64,000 nt of DNA from Gemmatimonadota bacterium (GTDB taxonomy: Bacteria > Gemmatimonadota > Gemmatimonadetes > Gemmatimonadales > GWC2-71-9): contig JBGQLP010000004.1 of NCBI GenBank assembly GCA_041500125.1, positions 9,332 to 73,331 of the forward strand, written 5' to 3'. The translations under genes were made by a program, and so were the position numbers. Under the pieces are notes generated by a model. It was not told the DNA's origin, searched no databases, and saw nothing but the letters and a program-made list of their open reading frames with translations. Positions 9,786 through 17,547 of the stretch are shown in pieces (the first letter of the stretch is position 1; every line of letters starts with the position of its first letter).

Positions 9786-10862
9786 ATGAAATGGTCGTAT
9801 AGGATCGGACAGATCGCAGGCACCGACATCAAGGTGCACGTGACGTTCGTGCTGTTGGTGGTTTGGTGGGGGGTGATGGGCTACCAGGAGGGCGGGCCGG
9901 GCGGCGCGCTCACGGGCGCTTTGTCCCTGCTCGCCCTTTTTGCGTGCATTCTCCTCCATGAGTTCGGCCACATTCTGATGGCACGCCGCTTCGGGGTGCG
10001 CACTCCCGACGTCATCCTGCTTCCCATCGGCGGCGTGGCCCGGCTGGAGCGAATCCCGGACGAGCCCAAGCAAGAGCTGCTGATCGCCCTGGCGGGCCCA
10101 GCCGTGACGCTGGCGATCATCGTCCTGCTCTACCTCATCCTTCAGCTCGGTGGTGGCCCGGTCACGATCGGCGAGTTGACTCCGGACACGCCTTTTCTGG
10201 CGCAGCTGATGGCCGTCAACATCTACCTGCTGCTCTTCAATCTGATTCCGGCGTTTCCTATGGATGGTGGCCGAGTGCTGCGGGCCATATTGTCGAGCCG
10301 GCTGGGTCTGGTCCGGGGCACCCGGGTGGCGGCGAAATTGGGGCAGATGCTCGCGGTCGTGGGTGGGCTGTACGGGATCACCAAGCCCGCACCGCTCCTG
10401 GTGCTGGTGGCCTTCTTCGTGTTTCTGGGCGCCAATGCCGAGGCGACCTCGGTGGAGACCCGTGTGGCTGGTGAGGGGCTGCAGGTGCGGCAGATGATGG
10501 TGACCAATTTCCGCACCGTCCCGGTGCACGCGACGCTCAATCAGGCGGTGGAGCTGTTGCTGAGCGGGGAGCAGCGGGAATTCCCGGTGGTCGACAATCT
10601 GGGCCGCACCGAGGGAATTCTCACCCGCGACAATCTGATTCGGGGCCTGGCACAGCGAGGGGCCGACTCGACGGTGGCGGACGCCATGACCGCTGGGGTT
10701 CCAAGCGTGGCGCCCACGTTGAGCTTTCAGGAGGCGCTCGAGCGGCTGCGCTCCAGCCGGTTGCCGGCCTTGCCGGTGATCGACAGCGCCGGGTCGCTGG
10801 TGGGTCTCTTGACGCTGGACAACATCACCGATTTGCTGCTGGTCCGGCGTGCGCGAGGCTGA
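9786..10862 (+). CDS. Site-2 protease family (M50) metalloprotease with C-terminal CBS pair
   Basis: ORF 9729..10862 trimmed to ATG 9786 (MKWSYRIGQIAG). HEFGH and NLIPAFPMDGGRV motifs, multiple TMs, CBS-like C-terminus. Confidence 0.85.
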   Translation: MKWSYRIGQIAGTDIKVHVTFVLLVVWWGVMGYQEGGPGGALTGALSLLALFACILLHEFGHILMARRFGVRTPDVILLPIGGVARLERIPDEPKQELLIALAGPAVTLAIIVLLYLILQLGGGPVTIGELTPDTPFLAQLMAVNIYLLLFNLIPAFPMDGGRVLRAILSSRLGLVRGTRVAAKLGQMLAVVGGLYGITKPAPLLVLVAFFVFLGANAEATSVETRVAGEGLQVRQMMVTNFRTVPVHATLNQAVELLLSGEQREFPVVDNLGRTEGILTRDNLIRGLAQRGADSTVADAMTAGVPSVAPTLSFQEALERLRSSRLPALPVIDSAGSLVGLLTLDNITDLLLVRRARG

Positions 10863-10904
10863 CCCGCCCCGATCCTCCCCGAGCGAATTATCAGTAGTTG
10901 GGCC

Positions 10905-11049
10905 GGGGGTGGAGCAGGCGGCACGGCCATGGGTTCGAAGGCAGGCTCCCAGGGGAGTGGTGAGGTGGTTGTCGAGGAGCCTGCCGGAGAGCCCATGTCC
11001 GTGACTGCCTGCGCGGGGTGGGGGCCTGCCTTCGGGATAGCTCCACCCC
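10905..11049. repeat. Composite long inverted repeat in the M50/M1 convergent gap
   Basis: Outer pair GGGGTGGAGC (10905-10915) / GCTCCACCCC (11039-11049). Inner pair CGAAGGCAGGC (10936-10946) / GCCTGCCTTCG (11024-11034). Asymmetric internal loops. Confidence 0.4.
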
Positions 11050-11071
11050 ACCCATCCCCCACCGGTGGACT

Positions 11072-12979
11072 CTAATGTGACCGCTCGTTATTGGAGCGAT
11101 CCACGTCCGGCAGCGCCCGCCGCGGATCCACCACCACCTTTGTGACCGATTTTCCCTCCCGAATCCGATAGGCAAAGCGGGGCCCCAGGTTCCACATCTC
11201 GACCGGGAGCTTGATCCGCTCGGTCGATCCGTCCCCGTAGGTGAGCTCCATCTCCAGCGGCAGCGTCATGGTCCCCCGGTTGGCCAGAAAGATCTTCTCC
11301 CCACCGATCGAGTCGACGGCCTGATCCAATCGAGCCGTGGAGTAGATCCAGTCGCGCCAGAACCAATCGAGATCGACCCCAGACGCATCGCGCATCACCC
11401 GAAAGAAGTCGGCCGGCGTCGGGTGCTTGAACGCCCAGGCCTTGATGTACTCCCGGAAGGCGTGATCGAAGCGAGGCTTGCCCAGCACCTCATAGCGCAG
11501 GGTCTGCAGCATGAGCGCGGGCTTCTGGTAGCCAGTCCAGAATAGATCCTTCGACTCGACCGGCCGGCTGATCAGCGGCTGCTCCTGCCCCGGGGCGGTG
11601 TGATCCGGATACAGGTGCAGCGGGTGGACCTCGATGGTATCGCCGTACTGGGTGCCATCAAAGTAGTGCGCCGCCCCCGCCAGATCGATGAAGGTGTTGA
11701 AGCCTTCGTCCATCCAGGGGTAGAGCCGCTCGTTGGAGCCCACCACCATGGGGAACCACTCATGTCCGAACTCGTGGGAGAGCACCCACTGTTGCTCCTC
11801 CCGGGACGGGCTGTTGGGCACGAAGGTGAGCATGGGATACTCCATGCCCTCGATCGGACCCTCGACCGTGGTGGCCTGGGGATAAGGATAGCGGTACCAC
11901 TGCTCGCTGAAGTACTTGATCGCCTCGTGCGCCATCCGGTTGGCCTCTTCCCAGCGGTTGGCCTTCGGGCGATAGAAGGTCTGGATCAGGATTCCGTCAT
12001 ACGAGCTCGCATCCCAGCGCAGCTCCGGTCCGGCGGCAAACGCAAAGTCGCGGACATTGTCCGCGGTGAACCGCCAGGTGAGCTGTCCCTTGCCCGAGGG
12101 CCGGGTTCGCTCCGCGTGCCCCGCCTCATCCGCGGTGATGATTGCCACCGGGTGGGTGGAAGTCCGCGCGATGGCCAGCCGGCTCCGCTGCCCTGCGGTG
12201 AGGACCTGCTCCGGGTTCCGCAGGACGCCGGTGGCAGCGACTACATAGCCCATGGGCACGGTGAGAGTCACATCGAAGCTGCCGTACTCCAGGTAGAACT
12301 CCCCCGCCCCGATATAGGGCTCGTGGTTCCATCCCCGGACGTCGTCATACACCACGAGACGAGGGTACCACTGGGCGATCTCATAGAGCGACCCGTCGTG
12401 GCCCATGCGGCCCGCGCCGTAGTCGGGCACCGGAAAGTGCCACGCCAGCTCGAGGTCCAGGGCTCCGCCGGGCGGAAGGGGCCGGGGAAGATCGACCCGC
12501 ATGGTGGTCCCGTAGACCACCGGGCGCACTGGGCGCCGGAGCACGGTCACCCGCTCGAGCGTCACGCCGCCGTTGAATCCCTTACAGGAGAAGTCGAAGG
12601 TCGAGCCGAGGAAGACCAGCGCAGGCTGATCGAGCTGATTGGTGACACTGGTGGGAGCGCAGATGTTCTGCTCTACGAACATCCAGAGATAGGAGAGCGT
12701 GTCGGGCGAGTTGTTGGTGTAATGAATGGTCTCCCGCGCTTGCAGCCGGCGTTGCGCGGTGTCGAGCGTGGCCGCAATTCGGTAATCGGCCCGCTGCTGC
12801 CAGTAGCGTGGCCCGGGACGGCCGGAGCCGGAGCGGTATTCGTTCGGAGCGGGCAACGGGAGCGGCCGGAACGGAGAGAGCGGAGCAGCTACCGTGTCGC
12901 CGGAAGGCCGCGTCTGCGCCTGGACCGAGCCCTGGAGGGCGGCGACGAGAATGAGCACTCCGAGAACGGCACGCGCCAT
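11072..12979 (-). CDS. M1 family metallopeptidase (aminopeptidase N-like), secreted
   Basis: ORF 11072..13045 trimmed to ATG 12979, giving signal peptide MARAVLGVLILVAALQGSVQAQ. Gluzincin motif HEFGH-X18-E (HEFGHEWFPMVVGSNERLYPWMDEGF). Confidence 0.85.
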   Translation of the reverse strand: MARAVLGVLILVAALQGSVQAQTRPSGDTVAAPLSPFRPLPLPAPNEYRSGSGRPGPRYWQQRADYRIAATLDTAQRRLQARETIHYTNNSPDTLSYLWMFVEQNICAPTSVTNQLDQPALVFLGSTFDFSCKGFNGGVTLERVTVLRRPVRPVVYGTTMRVDLPRPLPPGGALDLELAWHFPVPDYGAGRMGHDGSLYEIAQWYPRLVVYDDVRGWNHEPYIGAGEFYLEYGSFDVTLTVPMGYVVAATGVLRNPEQVLTAGQRSRLAIARTSTHPVAIITADEAGHAERTRPSGKGQLTWRFTADNVRDFAFAAGPELRWDASSYDGILIQTFYRPKANRWEEANRMAHEAIKYFSEQWYRYPYPQATTVEGPIEGMEYPMLTFVPNSPSREEQQWVLSHEFGHEWFPMVVGSNERLYPWMDEGFNTFIDLAGAAHYFDGTQYGDTIEVHPLHLYPDHTAPGQEQPLISRPVESKDLFWTGYQKPALMLQTLRYEVLGKPRFDHAFREYIKAWAFKHPTPADFFRVMRDASGVDLDWFWRDWIYSTARLDQAVDSIGGEKIFLANRGTMTLPLEMELTYGDGSTERIKLPVEMWNLGPRFAYRIREGKSVTKVVVDPRRALPDVDRSNNERSH

Positions 12980-13120
12980 GAGAGCCCCAGTGGGTGATTG
13001 ATCGCGAGAACATACCAGAGGTGGGCGGGCGGGCAAGCGGCCCAAGTCGCCCCTGGCGCAGCGGGCTCTGCGTGCGCATTCTTGGCGCGCTCAGTTTTTC
13101 ACCCCTCAACAGGAGATCGT

Positions 13121-13993
13121 ATGCGCCGTTCGGGTAGCCTATCTGGCCTGGCAATGGTCGCCGCCTGCACCCTGGTCGCTTGCAGGTCTGACCGCCCCAC
13201 TCCTCAGGTTGCCGACTCGACCACGACCTCGACCGTCACCCCGCGCTCGGAAACAGTAACTGTCACCGCTACCGATTACGCCTTCGATGCCCCGGCGCAG
13301 GTGCCGGCCGGAGCCACGACGCTACGCCTGGTCAACCGGGGGAAGCAGCTGCACCACGCCCAGCTCATCAAAATGGAAGAAGGAAAGACGGTAGAGGATG
13401 TGCTCAAGGCGATGCGGACTCCCGGTCCGCTACCCGGCTGGATCAAGTTCGTGGGCGGGCCGAACGCCGTCGTGCCCGGGCAGGAAGCGGTGGCGACCTC
13501 AGGTCTCGCTCCCGGTCACTATGCGTACCTGTGCTTCATTCCCGGAGCGGACGGAGTGCCCCATATGGCCAAGGGGATGATCCGGCCCTTCGAGGTCACC
13601 GGCACCGCCGCCGAGTCCGCGGAGGAGCTTCCCGCCGCTGACGTGACCATCACGCTGGCGGACTATGATTTCCGAACCTCCGGGCCGCTCACTTCCAGTA
13701 CCCACACCATCAGGGTCGAGAACGCCGGGCCGCAGTTACACGAGTTGGTCCTGCTCAGGCTGGCCCCGGGGAAGAAGGTCGAGGACTTTGCCCACTGGGC
13801 CGAAACCGGGATGAAGGGGCCGCCCCCGGCGGAGCCGGTCGGAGGCGTAGCGGGTCTGGATAAAGGAGGCCGCGGATCTTTCACGGCAAACCTGACCCCC
13901 GGCGACTACGGCCTCATCTGCTTCGTTCCGGACGCCAAGGACGGAAAGCCGCACCTGGCACATGGGATGATGAAAACGATCAAGGTGGGCTGA
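13121..13993 (+). CDS. Lipoprotein with two tandem cupredoxin-like domains (putative copper-binding)
   Basis: ORF 12998..13993 trimmed to ATG 13121 with AGGAGA upstream. Signal plus lipobox (LVAC). Two homologous halves each carry H...C-X9-H-X4-M (YLCFIPGADGVPHMAKGM and LICFVPDAKDGKPHLAHGM). Confidence 0.6.
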   Translation: MRRSGSLSGLAMVAACTLVACRSDRPTPQVADSTTTSTVTPRSETVTVTATDYAFDAPAQVPAGATTLRLVNRGKQLHHAQLIKMEEGKTVEDVLKAMRTPGPLPGWIKFVGGPNAVVPGQEAVATSGLAPGHYAYLCFIPGADGVPHMAKGMIRPFEVTGTAAESAEELPAADVTITLADYDFRTSGPLTSSTHTIRVENAGPQLHELVLLRLAPGKKVEDFAHWAETGMKGPPPAEPVGGVAGLDKGGRGSFTANLTPGDYGLICFVPDAKDGKPHLAHGMMKTIKVG

Positions 13994-14567
13994 GGCAGCG
14001 TTTTCGGCGAAAATCACCGGGCAGGCACTCGAAGCCCGACCCAGACCACAGGCCCGTGCGCCGCGCGCGGGCCTCTTTTTGCGCCCGTTCCAGACGCTCG
14101 GCATACTTGACGTTGGGAGGCACGGTGTACAGCACCGCCCAGCCGTCTTGCACCATGGCCTCGTTGACCAGCGTCGAGCCGATCCACACGTAGGCCAGTA
14201 CCCGGCCGTAGCGGTCGGTGGGGGCGACATCGCGTTGGAGCACGACGGTGGTCCCAGGAGGCAGAAGTTTGAGCAGAGCTCGGCGGGCCTGGTCCCCGAA
14301 CGGACGCTGCTGGCGTTCAGGGCTATCCACGCCGATCAGGCGAACCTTTTGCCCATCCCGGCAGTAAAAGGTGTCGCCGTCGACCACGTGGCTCACCACG
14401 CAGCCAGCCTCTTGCGGTGGTAACCGCGGAGGTGCCGCGCAGGCCAAGGGTTTGACGCTGAGGGCGAGCCCGCAGAGGACGGCGGTTCGAGTCAACACGG
14501 CCGGAATGTAGAGAGCCCAGAGCACAATGGCATCATCTTTCGAGCGCGAAGGCCCCGGATTCCACAT
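13980..14567 (-). CDS. Thermonuclease (SNase-like) family protein
   Basis: SNase motifs VVDGDTFYCRDGQKVRLIGVDSPE and DRYGRVLAYVW. Start ambiguous: TTG/ATG candidates at 14609, 14594 and 14567, or GTG at 14525. All but the last overlap the divergent gene. Confidence 0.7.
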   Translation of the reverse strand: MWNPGPSRSKDDAIVLWALYIPAVLTRTAVLCGLALSVKPLACAAPPRLPPQEAGCVVSHVVDGDTFYCRDGQKVRLIGVDSPERQQRPFGDQARRALLKLLPPGTTVVLQRDVAPTDRYGRVLAYVWIGSTLVNEAMVQDGWAVLYTVPPNVKYAERLERAQKEARARRTGLWSGSGFECLPGDFRRKRCLSPP

Positions 14568-15486
14568 CGCGGTGACGGGCGGCAGCGGTCTCATCGGCGC
14601 CGCACTCATCCACCATTTGATGCCGGATCAACACCACCGCATCACCCGCCTGGTCCGGCGCCCGGCTGGCCCGGGTGAGCTTACCTGGGATCCTGTGGGG
14701 CGCAAACTGGATCCAACCGCGCTCGAGGGGCTCGATGCCGTGATCCACCTGGCAGGAGAGAACGTGGGGGCGCGCTGGACCGCTGCCCGCAAGCGGCGGA
14801 TCAGGGAGAGCCGGGTGACCGGTACGAAACTGATCAGTGAGACCATCGCCCGTTTGCGGCGACCTCCCGGAGTGCTGATCTCCGCCTCGGCGGTGGGCAT
14901 CTACGGAGACCGGGGTGACGAGACTCTCACTGAAGCCAGCACCGTCGGAGACCCAAGCAGCGATTTTCTGGTCTCAGTGTGCCAGGAGTGGGAGGCGGCG
15001 GCCGACGCGGCGCGGGCGGCCGGGGTTCGAGTGGTGCACCCCCGGTTCGGGGTGGTGCTGAGCCCGGCCGGCGGAGCGTTGGGAAAGATGCTGCTCCCGT
15101 TCCGGCTCGGTCTCGGCACGCAGATGGGCCGAGGCACTCAATGGGCGAGCTGGATCTCGATCGACGACGCGGTGGGAGCGATCCATCACGCGCTGAAGAC
15201 CGACGGGTTGCGCGGGCCGGTGAACGCCACCGCCCCCAATCCGGTGACCAACCGCGATTTCACCCGAACCCTCGGCCGAGTGCTCCGGCGCCCGACTCCA
15301 CTCAGGCTGCCGGCAGCGGCGCTTCGGCTGGCTCTGGGAGAAATGGCGGAGGAAACCCTCCTGGCCAGCGCGCGGGTGTTGCCGGCCGGGCTGCTGCGGT
15401 CAGGGTATGAGTTTCGCCATCCCGATCTGGAGACGGCGCTGCGCCATGTGCTGAGGAAGGAGCCCGGGAGTAAGTTTCCAGTATGA
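14527..15486 (+). CDS. TIGR01777/YfcH-like epimerase family protein (SDR with DUF1731 C-terminus)
   Basis: 319 aa. Rossmann motif [12 protein letters not shown] close to the N-terminus. Family-typical length and C-terminal [12 protein letters not shown]. Confidence 0.8.
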   Translation: MASSFEREGPGFHIAVTGGSGLIGAALIHHLMPDQHHRITRLVRRPAGPGELTWDPVGRKLDPTALEGLDAVIHLAGENVGARWTAARKRRIRESRVTGTKLISETIARLRRPPGVLISASAVGIYGDRGDETLTEASTVGDPSSDFLVSVCQEWEAAADAARAAGVRVVHPRFGVVLSPAGGALGKMLLPFRLGLGTQMGRGTQWASWISIDDAVGAIHHALKTDGLRGPVNATAPNPVTNRDFTRTLGRVLRRPTPLRLPAAALRLALGEMAEETLLASARVLPAGLLRSGYEFRHPDLETALRHVLRKEPGSKFPV

Positions 15487-16196
15487 CCCAGCAGCCGAAA
15501 GCCGTGGTTCTTCTGAGTGGAGGGATGGACTCGGCCACCACGGCGGCCATTGCCCTGAGCCGCAGTTTCGACGTGCATGCCCTGACCTTCCAGTACGGCC
15601 AGCGCCACGCAGCCGAGCTGGAGGCGGCGCGCCGGGTCGCGAGCCACCTGGGAATTCGCCGGCACATCGTGTTGGATATCGACCTCCGCCCTTTCGGAGG
15701 ATCCGCGCTCACCGGCGAGCTGGAGGTACCCAAGGACACGCCGATGGAGCAGATCGGACAGCGGATCCCGGCCACCTACGTCCCGGCCCGGAATACCATC
15801 TTCCTGTCGTTTGCCCTGGGCTGGGCCGAAGTGCTCGGCGCCTCCGACATCTTTATCGGGGCGAACGCGATGGACTACAGCGGCTACCCTGACTGCCGGC
15901 TGGAATACATTCAGGCGTTTCAGCGTATGGCGGACCTGGCCACGCGCGCCGGGGTGGAAGAGGGGCGGCGGCTTACCATCCACACCCCCCTCATCGAGCT
16001 GTCGAAGCGAGAGATCGTGGAGCGCGGGCTGGCGCTGGGCATCGATTACGCGATCACCCTCACCTGCTACGATCCCGCGCCCGACGGCGCCGCGTGCGGC
16101 CGCTGCGAGGCCTGCCTGATCCGGCTCAAAGGGTTCCGGGAGGCGGGCCTGGAAGATCCCGCTCCGTATCAGACGGTGAGCGGGGAAGCAATATGA
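15483..16196 (+). CDS. queC: 7-cyano-7-deazaguanine synthase
   Basis: PP-loop [12 protein letters not shown] and C-terminal zinc cysteines [14 protein letters not shown] overlap with the upstream gene. Confidence 0.95.
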   Translation: MTQQPKAVVLLSGGMDSATTAAIALSRSFDVHALTFQYGQRHAAELEAARRVASHLGIRRHIVLDIDLRPFGGSALTGELEVPKDTPMEQIGQRIPATYVPARNTIFLSFALGWAEVLGASDIFIGANAMDYSGYPDCRLEYIQAFQRMADLATRAGVEEGRRLTIHTPLIELSKREIVERGLALGIDYAITLTCYDPAPDGAACGRCEACLIRLKGFREAGLEDPAPYQTVSGEAI

Positions 16197-16828
16197 CTTA
16201 TGCGGTGAAGGAGATCTTCTATACCCTCCAGGGAGAGGGCGCCAACACCGGACGCGCGGCGGTGTTCTGCCGCTTTGCCGGTTGCAACCTGTGGACCGGC
16301 CGGGAAGAGGATCGCGCGGAGGCAACCTGTCAGTTCTGCGACACTGACTTCGTGGGCACCGACGGTCCGGGCGGGGGCAAGTTCGCCTCGGCGGAAGCGC
16401 TGGCCACGGCCGTTGCCGCAGCCTGGCCCGACACCAATCCGGCGCGACGCTTTGTGGTCTGCACCGGCGGGGAGCCGCTCCTCCAGCTCGATGCCCTGCT
16501 CATCAGTGCACTCCACGCCGAGGGGTTCGAGGTGGCGGTGGAAACCAACGGGACGTTGCCGCCGCTCGACGATATCGATTGGCTCTGTGTGAGCCCCAAG
16601 GCCGCGGCCCCGTTGGTCCTTCGGGCGGGCGACGAGCTCAAGCTGGTGTTCCCGCAGCAAGGGGTAGATCCCGCGCAATTCGAGCAGCTCGGGTTCGAGC
16701 ACTTCTTCCTTCAGCCGATGGATGGCCCTGAGCTGGAGGCCAACACCACTTCGGCGCTCCAGTACTGCCTGGCGCATCCGCGCTGGCGGCTCAGCCTGCA
16801 GACGCATAAGCTTCTCGGGATTCCGTAG
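16193..16828 (+). CDS. queE: 7-carboxy-7-deazaguanine synthase (radical SAM)
   Basis: ORF 16094..16828 trimmed to ATG 16193 (ATGA overlap with the queC stop). [31 protein letters not shown] followed by C-X14-C-X2-C cluster spacing. Confidence 0.9.
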   Translation: MTYAVKEIFYTLQGEGANTGRAAVFCRFAGCNLWTGREEDRAEATCQFCDTDFVGTDGPGGGKFASAEALATAVAAAWPDTNPARRFVVCTGGEPLLQLDALLISALHAEGFEVAVETNGTLPPLDDIDWLCVSPKAAAPLVLRAGDELKLVFPQQGVDPAQFEQLGFEHFFLQPMDGPELEANTTSALQYCLAHPRWRLSLQTHKLLGIP

Positions 16829-16926
16829 GCGGGGCAGACGGGCAGCGGGGCAGTTCGCCCTGTTGAGCGCTGTCTTTGTGTGCGCTATTGCCGCCCCGCC
16901 GCCCCGCTGCCTCCTCTGCCCCGCTG
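16826..16926. repeat. Family B GGGGCAG-arm palindromic element, copy 1
   Basis: Starts on the queE stop: TAGGCGGGGCAGACGGGCAGCGGGGCAG. Core contains CTGTCTTTGTGTGCGC. C-rich arm CCGCCCCGCCGCCCCGCTGCCTCCTCTGCCCCGCTG ends 3 nt before the next start codon. Confidence 0.65.
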
Positions 16927-16929
16927 AGA

Positions 16930-17547
16930 ATGAACGGCTACTCCGACCGCATCAATCACGCGTTCGCCTTTGCCGCGAAATATCACGGTGCCGTTGCTCC
17001 AGCCGGAGCCGGCATGGATTACCTGGCGCACCCGGCCAACGTCGCCATCATCCTGTCCCGGTACGACTGCGACCAGATCACGATCGTCGCGGGGATCCTG
17101 CACCACGTCTTGGAGGACGCCGTCCCTGCCCAGCGGGCGGTCCTGGAACGCAAGATCGCGAACAAGTTCGGGCCGGTGGTCCTGGCGGTGGCCAAGGATG
17201 CGCTCGAGCCCAGGTTCGACCCCCGAGGTAGCGAGCGCGCGTGGCAGGCTCGGAAGCAGGAATACCTGACCCAGCTCTCCATTGCAGAGCCCCGAGCGCT
17301 GGACATCTGCGTGGCCGACGAGATCCATGCCTGCGGATCCACCATGACGGCCCTGCGCCGTCTGGGAGTCGAGTACCTCCGGGCCGTGTCCCGGGCCGGC
17401 TCGGAGCAGACCATCTGGTGGTACCGCTCGATGCTGGAAATTCTGGCGGCGCGCTCGGACTGGCCCCAGCGGGAAATGATCTCGGAATTGAGACTGATGA
17501 GCGCAGACCTGGTGCGCAGCCTGCGGCAACGAGAGGTGGATCTGTGA
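16930..17547 (+). CDS. HD-domain protein (RelA/SpoT-type hydrolase-like), variant HH motif
   Basis: ORF 16876..17547 trimmed to ATG 16930. Motifs AAKYHG, YLAHP and GILHHVLED, where the family normally has LHDVxED. Confidence 0.7.
   Translation: MNGYSDRINHAFAFAAKYHGAVAPAGAGMDYLAHPANVAIILSRYDCDQITIVAGILHHVLEDAVPAQRAVLERKIANKFGPVVLAVAKDALEPRFDPRGSERAWQARKQEYLTQLSIAEPRALDICVADEIHACGSTMTALRRLGVEYLRAVSRAGSEQTIWWYRSMLEILAARSDWPQREMISELRLMSADLVRSLRQREVDL

Noticed and set aside
8972-9832. 286-aa minus-strand ORF competing with 9011..9670 (+)
   Set aside because: Very Arg/Pro/Gly-rich and it spans a promoter-like AT-richer region. The plus-strand ORF has an ATG with a GAGGA SD and balanced composition. 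The plus call is still only moderately confident.
10927-10946. GGTTCGAAGGC resembling a tRNA T-arm
   Set aside because: The flanks do not form acceptor, D or anticodon arms. The segment is part of the long inverted repeat instead.
9603-11051. 482-aa minus-strand ORF
   Set aside because: Antisense to the M50 protease (HEFGH, NxxPxxxxDG) and extends through the intergenic palindrome. Shadow ORF.
15400-15490. Looked for a preQ1 riboswitch upstream of queC
   Set aside because: The queC start overlaps the stop of the upstream epimerase gene (ATGA), leaving no leader. No riboswitch-like sequence is present.
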